From Heterodontus francisci (Eukaryota), in the NCBI RefSeq assembly GCF_036365525.1, contig NC_090383.1, positions 119,848,531-119,912,530 of the forward strand: a stretch of 64,000 bases of DNA. The letters are read 5' to 3'. Of this stretch, positions 23,223 through 36,979 are shown piece after piece. Each line of letters starts with the position of its first letter. Position 1 is the first letter of the stretch. The position numbers were made by a program, and so were the translations under genes. The notes below the pieces were generated by a model that saw only the letters and a list, made by a program, of their open reading frames with translations, did not search any database and had not been told where the DNA came from.

Positions 23223-24593
23223 TGAACCTGCCCCCACCACACTCTCAGACAGTGCATTCCAGATCCTAAACACTCACTGAACCTGCCCCCACCACACTCT
23301 CAGACAGTGCATTCCAGATCCTAAACACTCACTGAACCTGCCTCCACCACACTCTCAGACAGTGTATTCCAGATCCTAAACACTCACTGAACCTGCCTCC
23401 ACCACACTCTCAGACAGTGCATTCCAGATCCTAAACACTCACTGAACCTGCCTCCACCACACTCTCAGACAGTGCATTCCAGATCCTAAACACACACTGA
23501 ACCTGCCTCCACCACACTCTCAGACAGTGTATTCCAGATCCTAAACACTCACTGAACCTGCCTCCACCACACTCTCAGACAGTGCATTCCAGATCCTAAA
23601 CACTCTCTGAACCTGCCTCCACCACACTCTCAGACAGTGTATTCCAGATCCTAAACACTCACTGAACCTGCCTCCACCACACTCTCAGACAGTGCATTCC
23701 AGATCCTAAACACTCACTGAACCTGCCTCCACCACACTCTCAGACAGTGTATTCCAGATCCTAAACACTCTCTGAACCTGCCTCCACCACACTCTCAGAC
23801 AGTGCATTCCAGATCCTAAACACTCACTGAACCTGCCTTCACCACACTCTCAGACAGTGTATTCCAGATCCTAAACACTCTCTGAACCTGCCTTCACCAC
23901 ACTCTCAGACAGTGTATTCCAGACCCTAAACACTCATTGAACCTGCCTCCACCACACTCTCAGACAGTGCATTCCAGATCCTAAACACTCACTGAACCTG
24001 CCTTCACCACACTCTCAGACAGCGTATTCCAGATCCTAAACACTCTCTGAACCTGCCTTCACCACACTCTCAGACAGTGTATTCCAGACCCTAAACACTC
24101 ATTGAACCTGCCTCCACCACACTCTCAGACAGTGCATTCCAGATCCTAAACACTCACTGAACCTGCCTTCACCACACTCTCAGACAGTGTATTCCAGACC
24201 CTAAACACTCATTGAACCTGCCTCCACCACACTCTCAGACAGTGCATTCCAGATCCTACACTCACTGAACCTGCTTCCACGACACTCTCAGACAGTGCAT
24301 TCCAGATCCTAAACACTCTCTGAACCTGCCTCCACCACACTCTCAGACAGTACATTCCAGATCCTACACTCACTGAACCTGCTTCCACGACACTCCCAGA
24401 CAGTGCATTCCAGATCCTAAACACACACTGAACCTGCCTCCACCACACTCTCAGAAAGTGCATTCCAGATCCTAAACACTCACTGAACCTGCCTCCACCA
24501 CACTCTCAGACAGTGCATTCCAGATCCTAAACACTCACTGAACCTGCCTCCACCACACTCTCAGACAGTGCATTCCAGATCCTAAACACTCAC
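23223..24593. repeat. 55-bp minisatellite array A (~25 copies)
   Basis: Unit tgaacctgcctccaccacactctcagacagtgcattccagatcctaaacactcac. Confidence 0.97.
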
Positions 24594-25116
24594 TATGTGA
24601 TAAAACTTTTCCTCATGTCGCTATTGCTTCTTTTGCCTCAAATCTGTGTGCTCTTGTTCTCAATCCTTCCACCAATGGGAACAGTTTCTCTCTATCCGCT
24701 CTATCCAGACCCCTCGTGATTATGAATACCTCTATCAAATCTCCTCTCAACCTGCTCATCTCCAAGGAAAACAGTCCCAACTTCTCCAATCTATCTTCAT
24801 AACTGAAGTTCCTCATCCCTGGAACCATTCTCATGAAACTTTTCTGCACCTCTCTCTAATGCCTTCACATCTTTCCTAAAATGTGGCATCCAGAGTTGGA
24901 CACAACACTCCAGTTGAGGCCAAACCAGTGTTCTACATAAGTTTAACATAAATACCTTGCTTTTGTATTAATAAAGTCCAGGATACTGTATGTTCTATTA
25001 ACTGCTCTCTCAATCTGTCCTGCCGCATTCAATGATTTATGCACATTTACATTCAGGTTCCTCTGCTCCTGCACCCCCTTTCAAATTGTACCCTTTATTC
25101 TATATTGTCTCTCCAA

Positions 25117-26447
25117 CCTACTCTCAATCATCAGTAAAGTGATGGAAGGTGTCATCAACAGTGCCGTCAAGCAGCACTTGCTTAGCAATAACCTGCTCAG
25201 TGACACTCAGTTTGGGTATCGCCAGGGCCACTCAGCTCCTGACCTCATTACAGCCTTGGTTCAAACATGGACAAAAGAGCTGAACTCAAGAGGTGAGGTG
25301 AGAGTGACTGCCCTTGACATCAAGGCAGCATTTGACCGAGTATGACATCAAGGAGCCCTAGCAAAACTCAGGTCAATAGGAATCAGGGGGAAAACCCTCC
25401 ACTGGCTGGAGTCATACCTAGCGCAAAGGAAGATGGTTGTGGTTGTTGGAGGTCAATCATCTGAGCTCCAGGACATCACTGCAGGCGTTCCTCAGGGTAG
25501 TGCCCTAGGCCCAACCATCTTCAGCTGCTTCATCAATGACCTTCCTTCAATCATAAGGTCAAGAGTGGGGATGTTCGCTGATGATTGCACAATGTTCAGC
25601 ACCATTTGTGACTCCTCAGGTACTGAAGCAGTCTGTGTAGAAATGCCTCAAGACCTGGACAATATCAAGGCTTGGGCTGATAAGTGGCAAGTAACATTCG
25701 CGCCACACAAGTGCCAGGCAATGACCATCTCCAACAAGAGAGAATCTAACCATCTCCCCTTGACATTCAGTGACATTATGATCGCTGAATCCCCCACTAT
25801 CAACATCCTAGGGGCTACCATTGACCAGAAACTGAATTGGAGTAGCCATATAAATACCGTGGCTACAAGAGCAGGTCAGAGGCTAGGAATCCTGCGGCGA
25901 GTAACTCACCTCCTGACTCCCCAAAGCCTGTCCACCATCTACAAGACACATGTCAGGAGTGTGATGAAAAGCTCTAACAACACTCAAGAAGCTCCACACC
26001 ATCCAGGACAAAGCAGCCCGCTTGATTGGCACCCCATCTACAAACATTCACTCCCTCCACTACCGACGCACAGTGACAGCAGTGTGTACCATCTATAAGA
26101 TGCACTGCAGCAATGCACCAAGGCTCCTTCGACAACACCTTCCAAACCCATGACCTCTACCAACTGGAAGGACAAGGGCAGCAAATGCATGGGAACACCA
26201 CCACCTACAAGCTCCCCTCCAAGTCACACACCATCCTGACTTCGAACTATATCACCGTTCCTTCACTGTCGCTGGGTTAAAATCCTGGAACTCCCTTCCT
26301 AACAGCACGGTGGGTGTACCTACCCCACATGGACTGCAGCGGTTCAAGAAATCAGCTCACCACCACCTTCTCAAGGGCAATTAGGGATGGGCAATAAATG
26401 CTGGCCTGGCCAGCGATGCCCACATCCCATGAATGAATAAAAAAAAA
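25117..26447 (+). mobile_element. CR1/L2-superclade LINE, 5'-truncated, nested in CR1
   Basis: ALDIKAAFDRV, GVPQGSALGPTIFSCFINDL, FADD; 3' tail ending gaatgaataaaaaaaaaa; internal deletion near 25968. Confidence 0.9.
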
Positions 26448-26671
26448 ACTTTCCTCCTACCAAAATGAATCACTTCACATTTCTCTGCATTGAATTTCAT
26501 CTGCCACTTGTCCGCCCATTCCGCCAACCTGTCTATATCCTTTTGCAGTTCTACACTATCCTCACAGTTCACAATGTTTCCAAGTTTCATATCATCTCCA
26601 AATTTTGAAATTGTGCCCCAAGGTCTAGGTCATTAACATATATCAGGAAAAGCAAGGGTCCTAACAGCGAC

Positions 26672-26800
26672 CAGGCTTTTGGTCATCTGCTCTAATAGCT
26701 CCTTATATGACTTGATGTCAAATTTTGTTCGATCATCACTCCTGTAAAGCACCTTGGGATGTATTACCTTAGAGGCACTATATAAATGCAAGTTGTTGCT
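26672..26800 (+). mobile_element. L2 3' tail fragment
   Basis: cctgtaaagcaccttggga...tataaatgcaagttgttg. Confidence 0.7.
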
Positions 26801-27134
26801 CTTGTATATATAAATCACCTAAACCTCTTGATGAGATTCCAATCTGTAACTCACTCCCAAGTATCTATTATTCTATATATAAAACATCTTTGACCTATGT
26901 TTAGATTCCGGCCTGTGAGTCATTCATGAATTTTCATTAACTTTATATTCCTCATTCAAGAAATACAATGAGTAGAATTTCCCTTAACGTGGTTATTTTG
27001 AGCAACAATTTATTCCGAATAATATACGTAACTGATTCCATTCTAACTTCATAATAGTAACCCTTTACCGGCTGGCCACAGGCTCAGTGTGCAAGCATCA
27101 ACATTGGAGCAGAAATTAGTATTTGAATCGCTTC

Positions 27135-28640
27135 CAGCACCCTGTGTCACTCAGTCACCCAGTACCCAGTATCATCACGGTCAGTCAGCACCCTGTGTCA
27201 CTCAGTCACCCAGTATCATCACGGTCAGTCAGCACCCTGTGTCACTCAGTCACCCAGTACCCAGTATCATCACGGTCAGTCAGCACCCTGTATCACTCAG
27301 TCACCCAGTATCAGCACGGTCAGTCAGGACCCTGTGTCACTCAGTCACCCAGTATCATCACGGTCAGTCAGCACCCTGTGTCACCCAGTATCAGCACGGT
27401 CAGTCAGCACCCTGTGTCACCCAGTCACCCAGTACCCAGTATCAGCACGGTCAGTCAGGACCCTGTGTCACTCAGTCACCCAGTATTATCAAGGTCCGTC
27501 AGCACCCTGTGTCACCCAGTATCAGCACGGTCAGTCAGCACCCTGTGTCACCCAGTCACCCAGTACCCAGTATCAGCACGGTCAGTCAGCACCCTGTGTC
27601 ACCCAGTCACCCAGTACCCAGTATCATCACGGTCAGTCAGCACCCTGTGTCACCCAGTATCAGCACGGTCAGTCAGCACCCTGTGTCACCCAGTCACCCA
27701 GTATCAGCACGGTCAGTCAGCACCCTGTGTCACCCAGTATCAGCACGGTCAGTCAGGACCCTGTGTCACTCAGTCACCCAGTATCATCACGGTCATTCAG
27801 CACCCTGTGTCACCCAGTATCAGCACGGTCAGTCAGCACCCTGTGTCACTCAGTCACCCAGTATCATCACGGTCAGTCAGCACCCTGTGTCACCCAGTAT
27901 CAGCACGGTCAGTCAGCACCCTGTGTCACCCAGTCACCCAGTATCAGCACGGTCAGTCAGGACCCTGTGTCACCCAGTATCAGCACGGTCAGTCAGCACC
28001 CTGTGTCACCCAGTCACCCAGTATCAGCACGGTCAGTCAGCACCCTGTGTCACCCAGTATCAGCACGGTCAGTCAGCACCCTGTGTCACCCAGTCACCCA
28101 GTACCCAGTATCAGCACGGTCAGTCAGCACCCTGTGTCACCCAGTCACCCAGTATCAGCACGGTCAGTCAGCACCCTGTGTCACCCAGTATCAGCACGGT
28201 CAGTCAGCACCCTGTGTCACCCAGTCACCCAGTACCCAGTATCAGCACGGTCAGTCAGCACCCTGTGTCACCCAGTCACCCAGTACCCAGTATCAGCACG
28301 GTCAGTCAGGACCCTGTGTCACTCAGTCACCCAGTATCAGCACGGTCAGTCAGCACCCTGTGTCACCCAGTATCAGCACGGTCAGTCAGCACCCTGTGTC
28401 ACCCAGTATCAGCACGGTCAGTCAGCACCCTGTGTCACCCAGTATCAGCACGGTCAGTCAGGACCCTGTGTCACTCAATCACCCAGTATCAGCACGGTCA
28501 GTCAGCACCCTGTGTCACCCAGTATCATCACGGTCAGTCAGCACCCTGTGTCACCCAGTATCATCACGGTCAGTCAGCACCCTGTGTCACCCAGTATCAG
28601 CACGGTCAGTCAGCACCCTGTGTCACTCAATCACCCAATA
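27135..28640. repeat. Composite minisatellite (~35-55 bp variant units)
   Basis: Core cagcaccctgtgtcacccagtatcagcacggtcagt with optional (cagtcacc) and (cagtacc) modules. Confidence 0.97.
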
Positions 28641-29318
28641 TCTGCAGGATCAGTTTTGGGAGCTTGCACTGGGTGTACTGTCTACACCAGACAAACAGCA
28701 TGGTTTGGTTTATGGCAGTGGAGGTCACTGCTGGCTGAGATTGTAGCTTTCATTGGCTGTAAAGCCCTGTGATTGGAATTTGCCGGGTCTGGTTTGTAGA
28801 GGGAAGCTGGTAGCTGAGCATTCAGGTTTTATACAACCTTTTTTTCCCAAAAATATACTTTATTCATAAAAATTTGTGAAGTACAATTCTGGTTTGGCAC
28901 TACATAAATTGCAATACAGATCAATTTCTTTCAATACAGTACATGAGATGCCTCACTACACTTTCCATTATCGGTTAAATTTACAATGTATGTTTACATT
29001 TCTTGTCAAACATTCTCTGGTACATATAGCCTGATGGGTTTTACATGGTTCCTGCCCCTCGCTGTGCTATAGTGAGACAGGCTTACACAGTACCCTGTCC
29101 CCTTGAGCCTTTGCAGCGGCTGCACCAAGCTTTAGTTCATTCCTCAGCATGTAGTCCTGGCCCTTGGAATGTGCCAGTCTGTGCGTGGACAACTCTTTGC
29201 ACTGGAAGACCAGTAAGTTCAGGCAGAGCAAAGAGCTTCTTTTACTAAGATTATGGTCCTCCAGCAGCAGTTGATGTTTGTCTCAGTGTGTGTCTCTGGG
29301 AACAGCCTATAGAGCACT

Positions 29319-29424
29319 CAGATAAAAATGGAAAGTGCTGGAAATACTCAGCCGGTCCTGCAGCATCTGTGGAGAGAGAAAAACAGAGTTAACGTATCAG
29401 GCCAATGACCTTTCATCAGAACTC
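29319..29424 (-). mobile_element. Short Penelope-terminus-like repeat (copy 3) with a 10-bp target-site duplication
   Basis: ATAGAGCACT at 29309-29318 and 29425-29434 flanks the insert; the minus strand carries CTGATGA...GATA-CGTT-AACTC. Confidence 0.75.
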
Positions 29425-32039
29425 ATAGAGCACTGCGTTCTGTGTTACGGAGCTGCTTGGGATGAACCTCGACAAAAACCACTGCATCTCTTTTCACACC
29501 TGCTTTGCAAAGGCACATTCCAGAAGGAGGTGGGCAACGGTTTCTGCCCCACCACAGCCACCTCGAGGGCAGTGTGTGGAGGCAGTGAGACTCCGGGCAT
29601 GCAGGAAGGACCTGAGGGGGAGGGCCCTTCTTGCCATCAGCCAAGCTACATCTTGGTGCTTGCATGAAAGTTCTGGCGATGAGGCAGTCTACCAAATGAC
29701 TTGGACAGTCTGCTCGAGGAACTATTGACAGGGTCCACCTGCAGGGCCTTGAGGACATTCCATGTGGACCACTGCCTGATGGACTTGTGGTCAAAGGTGT
29801 TTTTCTGCACAAACTTTTCCACAAGAGACAGGTGGTACAGCACAATCCAACTGAATGCAGCGTTCCGCAGCAATGTGGCCAGACCCATCCTTCGCAACAC
29901 CAGGAACAGATAGACACTACCTCAGCACGTAGTGACACTTCATGGTTGTGTACCAAGGGTCTATGCACAGCTTGATGCAGCTGCACACAAAAGTGGCCAT
30001 CAGGATGAGGGCGACATTGCGTACGTTTTTCCCCCTTTATCTAGATGTTTGTACATGGTGTCCCTGCGGACATGGTCCACTTATGGTCTCAGATAAAGTA
30101 GAAGATGGCTCGGGTGACTGCCACAGCGCAGGAGTGAGGTATGAGCCAGACCTGCACCATATACAGCAACTGCAAGAGTGCCTTGCACCTCATGACTAGG
30201 AGAGGAAACGTCACTCCCACATTTCCAGTTTTGGTTTCACCATGGCTATTGTCTCCTTCCAGTTTTTGGCACATGCCCCGGCCCCTCCAAACCATATCCC
30301 CAGCACCTTCAGGTATTCTGACCTGATGGTGAATGTGACAAAGGATCAGATGGCCCAGTTCCCAATGAACATGGCTTTGCTGTTCCCGTGATTTACTTTG
30401 GCTCCCGAGTCCAGTGCAAACTGGTTGCAAACGCTCATCAGCCTGCGAACAGACTGCGGATCTGAGCAGAAAACATCATCTGTGTTCAGGGAGGCTTTGA
30501 GTGCCTTTGCCACCTGGGATTGTCAATCCTCTTATCTCCACATCCTTCCTGATTACTCGACAAAAGGTTCGATACAGCAAACAAATAAGACAGGGGAGAG
30601 AGGACAACCTCTCGCCTGACTTCAGATTTGTGCAGAAAGCTTTCTGATTCCCACACATTGATTGAAACTGTGCTACTGATCAGTTGGATTCCCTCACCAA
30701 AATCTCATTTTGGAGATCATGTAGCCTTGTCCTGGTCCAAGCTCTAGAGGCAGGTGTCCACCCCCCGGTCTCATCCTGAGTAGTGCGAGGCTATCAGAGA
30801 TCTTCCTGCCGGGTACCATACACATCTGGTCAGGGTGAATCACCAACTCCAAAGCAGACTTGACCCGACTGGCGATGACTTTGGACAGAATTTTGTAGTC
30901 CACATTAAGCAGTGAGATGTGCTGCCAATTTCTGATTTCCTCCCTCTCTCCTTTGGCTTGTAGATGAGGGTGAAGATGCCTTTTCTCATGGGTTCTGACT
31001 TGCTGCTGGCCAGAAGAACACTCTCAGACACTTCCAGCAGGTCTCGACTGATCCAGTCCCAGAGAGTCAAATACAATTGGCCGGTAAGCCATCACTTTGG
31101 GGAGTTTTACTCGTCTCGAAGGACCTAACGGTCTTTTTCAACTTGTCCAGAGTTAGCGGTTCAGCCAGAGCTGCCCCGGAATGTCATCTAAGACCTCCGT
31201 GATAGAGGACAGGAAGGACTGGGACAGTCGTACAGCCCGGCATAAAAGGATTCGTGATCCTCACTATGTCACACTGCGAAGACGTTACCGAGCCATCCTC
31301 TCCCTTCAGGCTGCTGATCACAGAGCTCTCTCTGTGTCCCTTTTGAATGAAGTAACGCGAGACGTCTCACCCTGCTCAACGGAGCAGACTCTGGACCAGA
31401 AGATGATCTTGGAGGCCTCTGCGGCAAAGAGCAAGACCTGCTGGCTCTTCACCTCCTGGAGATCCTCCTTGACCTCGACCCCCATCGACTGCAGCCAGAG
31501 CAGATTTTGCATACTTTTCTGGAGTCGGGACATTTCCCTCTGTCTGTCTCTTGCCCTCTGAACACGTTTGAGGATAAAGAACCTCTTGACGTTCTCCTTG
31601 ATCACCTCCCACCAGTGAACTGGAGACTCAAAGAAGGGTTTCATGGCTCTCCAACCTTTTTAATCCCTTTTGAATTCCTCGATGTTTTCCGGGGTCAGCA
31701 GTATTACATTCAGCTTGATGTCCGCCTGCCAACATGCTGGTCGTCCTGTCAGTTCTAGTCAGCCACAGGAGGCAGTGGTCAGAGAAGAACACTGGTGGAT
31801 CTGACCATGAATGCTGGGGACACAAACAGGAAGTCTCTCCTGGAACAGACAGACCTGTCTGGCCTCAATCAGGTGTATCTACTTGGCGCTCAGTCTGCAG
31901 AGTTGCTGAAGACATTGTGCAGCTTGTAGTCTTTTACAGTTTCCATCAGGAATCTGGATGTGATGTCCTGTTTGCTGTTAGCCCTGCTGGATCATTCAGC
32001 TGCAAAGATGATGCAATTGAAGCCCCCGTCCACAGTCAC

Positions 32040-32465
32040 TGGCCTGGACATTCACCACCTTAAACATTCACTCCCTCCACCACCGCGCATGGTGGCAGCA
32101 GTGTGTACCATCTACAAGATGCACTGCAGCAACTCACCAAGGCTCCTTCAACAGCACTTTCCAAACCCACGACCTCTACCATCCAGAAGGATAAGGGCAG
32201 CAGATGCATGGGAACACCACCATCTACAAGTTCCCCTCCAAATCACACACCATCCTGACATGGAACTATATCGCCGTTCCTTCACTGTCACTGGGTCAAA
32301 ATCCTGGAACTCCCTTCCTAACAGCACTGTGGGTGTACCTACCTCACATGGACTGCAGTGGTTCAAGGAGACAGCTCACCACCACCTTCTCAAGGGCAAT
32401 TAGGGATGGGTAATAAATGCTGTCCTAGCCAGCGACAGCCACATCCCATGAAAGAATTTAAAAAC
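32040..32465 (+). mobile_element. 3' fragment of the CR1/L2-superclade LINE nested in the Tx1 copy
   Basis: Near-identical to 26030-26445. Confidence 0.88.
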
Positions 32466-32784
32466 AAATGGTCAGCCACTAGCTGCTTAGAGCCGGGGTG
32501 TTCACTTGGTTAACTGGAGCTGAGCGTTTTTGTACATTGTGTCTGCTGCGTCGATGCAACCACCCACCACCTCCTTCACTTTGCAGATGGTGAACTTGTC
32601 TGCCTGCAGCAGAATACCCAGGCTAGAGGAATGGGAACCCATGGGACCACCATCATGGCCACACTCCTGCAGAAACAGCAGGTCAGCTTTGACCATGACG
32701 AAGTACCCTAAGGTTAAAACACATTGCGTAGTGGCCTTAATGCTATGCATGCTATTGGTGGCAATCTTTAGACCCACTAAAACT

Positions 32785-33420
32785 GTGGCTGGAATTTTAC
32801 GAACCCCAAACAAGCAGGCTGGTGGCGGAGGGTGGAGGTGTAAAATTGAATGGGAGGTGGGGGGGGAGCCATTCCCGATCCCCTCCCGCCCCATTGCAAA
32901 TACATGCAGGGCGGTGGCGGCGAGATACAGCCTGCCCACCGCAGGCCAATCAAGGCCATTAAGTGACCAATTATCTGGTACTTCAAGGTCTCCGCTCACC
33001 GCCATGGGTCTTTTACCCTTGTCTGGTGGGCGGTTGAGGCCTCCAAAAGCCCACCTGGTAAAACCAGGCGGCTTTCTTGCAGGCTGGTGGGGGCCCCCCT
33101 GATTGGGCACCATGTACCCCACAGTTGGCCGCTCCCAAAGCCCCAACCACCCCCAATGCTAAACACTCCCCCCGCCCCCCTAACTGACCCCCACTTGCCT
33201 CACCAGGGCCCGACCAATTGTCCCCAGTGAGGCCCTAAAAACTTACCTTTTTATCAGGGCCATCCTTCCTATTGGTTCTGATGGCTGGATGTCGTCCCAG
33301 CAGTGGCCACTGCTCCCGGTGGAGCTGCTGGGACTAAGAGCTGCCGGCCCGCTGATATTCCAGCAGCTCCCCACAGCATGTAGCGGAGCCTGGTCTCTAA
33401 TTGTCTCGGCCATCCCTGCC
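32785..33420. mobile_element. GC-rich non-autonomous DNA-transposon-like (MITE) remnant
   Basis: Starts GGCTGGAATTTT, similar to the terminal repeat of 60733-61520, and shares ggccaatc/aattggc/cagtggccactgct motifs with it. Confidence 0.45.
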
Positions 33421-34031
33421 ATTGGACAAAGACCTTGTTTCACTCGGACCATGTGGTAGTCAGTGTGCAATGTCCACCCCATGATAAAAGAACCCACACA
33501 CAGGCATCTTCCACCCCCTCAAAATAAACTTCAGGATCTGGAATATCAGGATTGGACTATTCGGTCATCTAAGGACCCACAACCCTGGACTGAATGAAAG
33601 TCATCCTTGTTCCCGAAGGACTGCCTAAGAAGAAGAAGAATGGGAGGTGAGTGAGGTTGGAGTGAACTTGAATGAGGCAATTTTTCATTCAGAGCAGCTT
33701 GAAATCCAGAGATCCAGTGGGACAGGTGCTTGCATCATCCTGGGTTTGGTCTGGACCTGTTTATGAATGTTGTCTTAAATTTTCTTTTTTTTCTGTTTAG
33801 GATTTGTCCTTTATTGACAGGAAGTGTTTCTCATCAAGTAACATTTTTTTTTATGTCATTGTCATTATCAAACCAGTGCTGCTGTTTACAGGCAACTTGG
33901 CCCAAGACTTCCAACTGTGGACTGAAAGTGCCATGATTGGTGATCATATACTTTGGACACAATTGTTCATGGGGCAGATCCTGTCCAGAGCCATTGAATC
34001 ATACAGGAGCATACTGCAGAATTGATGCACT

Positions 34032-34225
34032 TACACAGACACACAGAGAAACACAGCCACACACACACACACTGACATAAACACACACAAACACAGACAT
34101 AAGCTCACACAGACACTCAGACAAACACAAACACACATAAACACACACAAGGACACACAAACAAACCTATACACAAACACACACACGCACCAACAAGCAC
34201 ATACACAAACAAGCTCACACACAAA
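34032..34225. repeat. Degenerate CA-rich microsatellite
   Basis: Direct inspection. Confidence 0.9.
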
Positions 34226-35661
34226 TGCCATAGGCCCATTAATATCCGAATATAGACTGGAATAGTAATAGTGTAAAGTGCAAAGAGGGTTCAGAGTTTC
34301 TGCAGTGTGTTCAGGAGAATTTTCCACATCAGTATGTTTCCAGCCCAGTGCTGTATCTAGTACAAGGAAATGAAGTGGGTCAAGTGTCAATGGGGGAGTC
34401 TTTAGGGAACAGTGATCAGAGTATCATAAGGTTTAAAATAGCAATAATAATGGACAAGGAGCAATCTAGGGTCAAAATACTTGACTGGAGGAGGGCCAAT
34501 TTGATTGGGTTGAGAATGGATCTGTCCTGGGTAAATTGGAATCAAAGATTGGCAGGTAAAACTGTAATCAAACAATGGGCTGACTTTAAAGAGGAGATGA
34601 TTCAAGTCCAGTTGAGGTATATTCCCACGAGAGGGAAAAGTACACCATCCAAAGCCAGAGGTCCCTGGATGACAAAAGAGACAGAGAGTAAGATTAAGCA
34701 GAAAAAATGGTGCATATGACAGATAATATAAGGGAGAACCAGGCTAAATATAAAAGGTTCAGAGGGAAAGTGGCAAAGAAAATAACAGGTAAAGAGAGAA
34801 TATGAGAAGAGACTGGCAGCTAATATGAAAGGGAATTCAAAAGTCTTCTATAGGCATATAAATAGTAAAAAGGTAGCAATAGGAGGGGTGGTACCAATTA
34901 GGGACCAAAAAGGAGACATATGCATGGGGCAGAGGGAATGGCAGAGGTACTAAATGACTTTGCATCTGCATTAACAAAGAAGAAAAGACTGCCAAAATCA
35001 TAATGAAAGAGGAGGTAGTTGAGACACTGGATTGACTACAAATTGAGAAAGAGGATGTATTGGATAGGCTGGCTGTACTTACGGAAGTAAGTTATCAGGA
35101 CCAGATGGGATGCATTCTAGGATGCTGAGGGAAGTAAGGGTGGAAATTGCGGAGATACTGGCCATAATCATCCAATCCTCCTTAGATACAGGAGTTGCAC
35201 CAGAGGAATGGAGAATTGCAAATTTCACACCCTTGTTCAAAAAGGTGTGTTAGGGTAAATTCAACAAGTACAGACCAGTCAGTTTAACCTCAGTGGTGGG
35301 AAAATTAACAGTCATTTGGACAAGTTTGGATTAATTAAGGAAAGCCAGGACAGATTTGTTAAAACCAAATTGTGTTTAACAAAGGTGATTGAGGCTTTGA
35401 TGAGGTAACAGAGATGACGGATGAGGATAATGGGGTTGACATGATGTATATGGGTTTCCAAAAACAGTTTGATAAAGTGCCACCTAACAGGCTTGTCAGC
35501 AAAGTTGAAGCCCATTGGAATAAAAGGGGCAATGGCAGCAGGATATGCAATTGGCTGAGTGACAGGAAACAGAGAGTAGTGGTGAATGGTTGTTTTTCAG
35601 ACTGGAGGAAGGTATATAGTGGGTTCCCCAGGGGTCAGTACTAGGACCATTGCTTTTCTTG

Positions 35662-36704
35662 AACATAGGAACAGGAGCAGGAGTAGGCCATTCAGCCCAT
35701 CGAGCCCACTCCGCCATTCAATTAGATCATGGCTGATCTTCTACCTCGACGTCACTTTCCCCATATCCCTTGATGTCATTAGTATCCCGATATCTATTGA
35801 TTTCTGTCTCGAACATAATGACTGGGCTTCCACAGCTTTCTGGGGTAGAGAATTCCAAAGATTCACCATCCTCTGAGTCAAGAAATTCCTCTTCATCACA
35901 GTTTTAAATGGCCTACTGCTTATTCTGAGATTGTGTCCCCTGGTTCTAGACTCACCAGCTGGGGGAAATATCCGATCTACCACACCCTGTAAGAATTTTG
36001 TAAGTTTCAATGAGATCACCTCTCATTCTTTGAAACTTGAGAGAATACAGGCCCAGTTTCTGCAATCTCTCCTCATAGGACAATCCCGCCATCCCAAGGA
36101 TTAGCCTGGTGAACCTCCATTGCACTCCCTCTATGGCAAGTGTATCCTTCCTTAGATAAGGAGACCAAAACTGTGCACAATAATCCAGGTGCAGTCTCAC
36201 CAGGGCTTTATACAATTGCAGCAAGACATCTTTACTCCTGTCCTAAAATCCCCTTGCAATGAAGGCCAACATATCATTTACCTTCCTAATTGCTTGCTGC
36301 ACCTGCATGCTAGCTTTTAGCGACTCATAAACAAGGACACCCAGGTCCCTTTGGACATCAACACTTCCCAACCTCTCACCATTTAAGAAATACTCTGCCT
36401 TTCTGTTTTTTCTACCAAAGTGGATCACTTCACACTTATTGACATTATATTCCATCTGCCATTTTCTTGCACATTCACTTAGCCTGTCCAAATACCCTTG
36501 AAGCCTCCTTGCATCCTCCTCACAACTTACATTCCCACCTAGTTTTGTGTCATCAGCAAATTTGCAAATATTACATTCGGTCCACACATCCAAATCATTT
36601 ATATAGATTGTGAACAGCTGTGGCCCAAGCACTGATCCTTGTGGTACCCCACTAGTAACAGTAGGAATAAATGACTTGTTTATTCTTACTCTCTGCTTTC
36701 TGTC
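35662..36704 (-). mobile_element. CR1 LINE nested antisense in CR1
   Basis: LGPQLFTIYINDLD, FADDTKLGG, LYKALVRLHLDYCAQFWSP; host sequence is contiguous across it. Confidence 0.9.
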
Positions 36705-36979
36705 TGATATATATTAATGACCTAGACTTGTGTGCACTGGGCATAATTTCAAAATTTGCAGGTGACACAAAGCTTGGATGTATTGTGAGCTGTGATGTGA
36801 TAAACTTCAAGAGGACATAGATGGGCGGTGGAATGGACAGATACATGGCATTTCATACAGAGAAGTATGAAGTGGTACATCTTGGTAGGAAGAATGAGGA
36901 GAGGCAATAATAAACTAAAGGGCATAATTCTAAAAGGAGTGCAGGAACAGAGGGACCTGGGGGTTTTATATGTGCACAG

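Larger units (their letters stand above)
23055..26670 (-). mobile_element. CR1 LINE 3' part carrying an internal 55-bp array and a nested LINE
   Basis: ORF 24613-24849 (SYEDRLEKLGLFSLE..RLRGDLIE); host sequence resumes at ~26448 (WQMKFNAEKCEVIHFG). Confidence 0.85.
28838..32775 (-). mobile_element. Degenerate Tx1-clade non-LTR retrotransposon (ORF2), with nested insertions
   Basis: N-terminal APE-like LKIAT...ADLLFLQEC (32660-32770), FFSDHCLL, WWEVIKENVKRFF, DYKILSKVIASRVKSALELVIHPDQ, C-terminal Cys/His region; T-rich 3' end at 28838. Confidence 0.82.

Noticed and set aside
23223-24593. Regular arrays as possible CRISPR loci (also 37815-39846)
   Set aside because: Head-to-tail units with no unique spacers, eukaryotic context, unit derived from CR1 ORF2.
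27089-28772. Three long ORFs (470-549 aa) on the + strand
   Set aside because: Translations of a stop-free minisatellite in all frames; no splice, domain or codon evidence.
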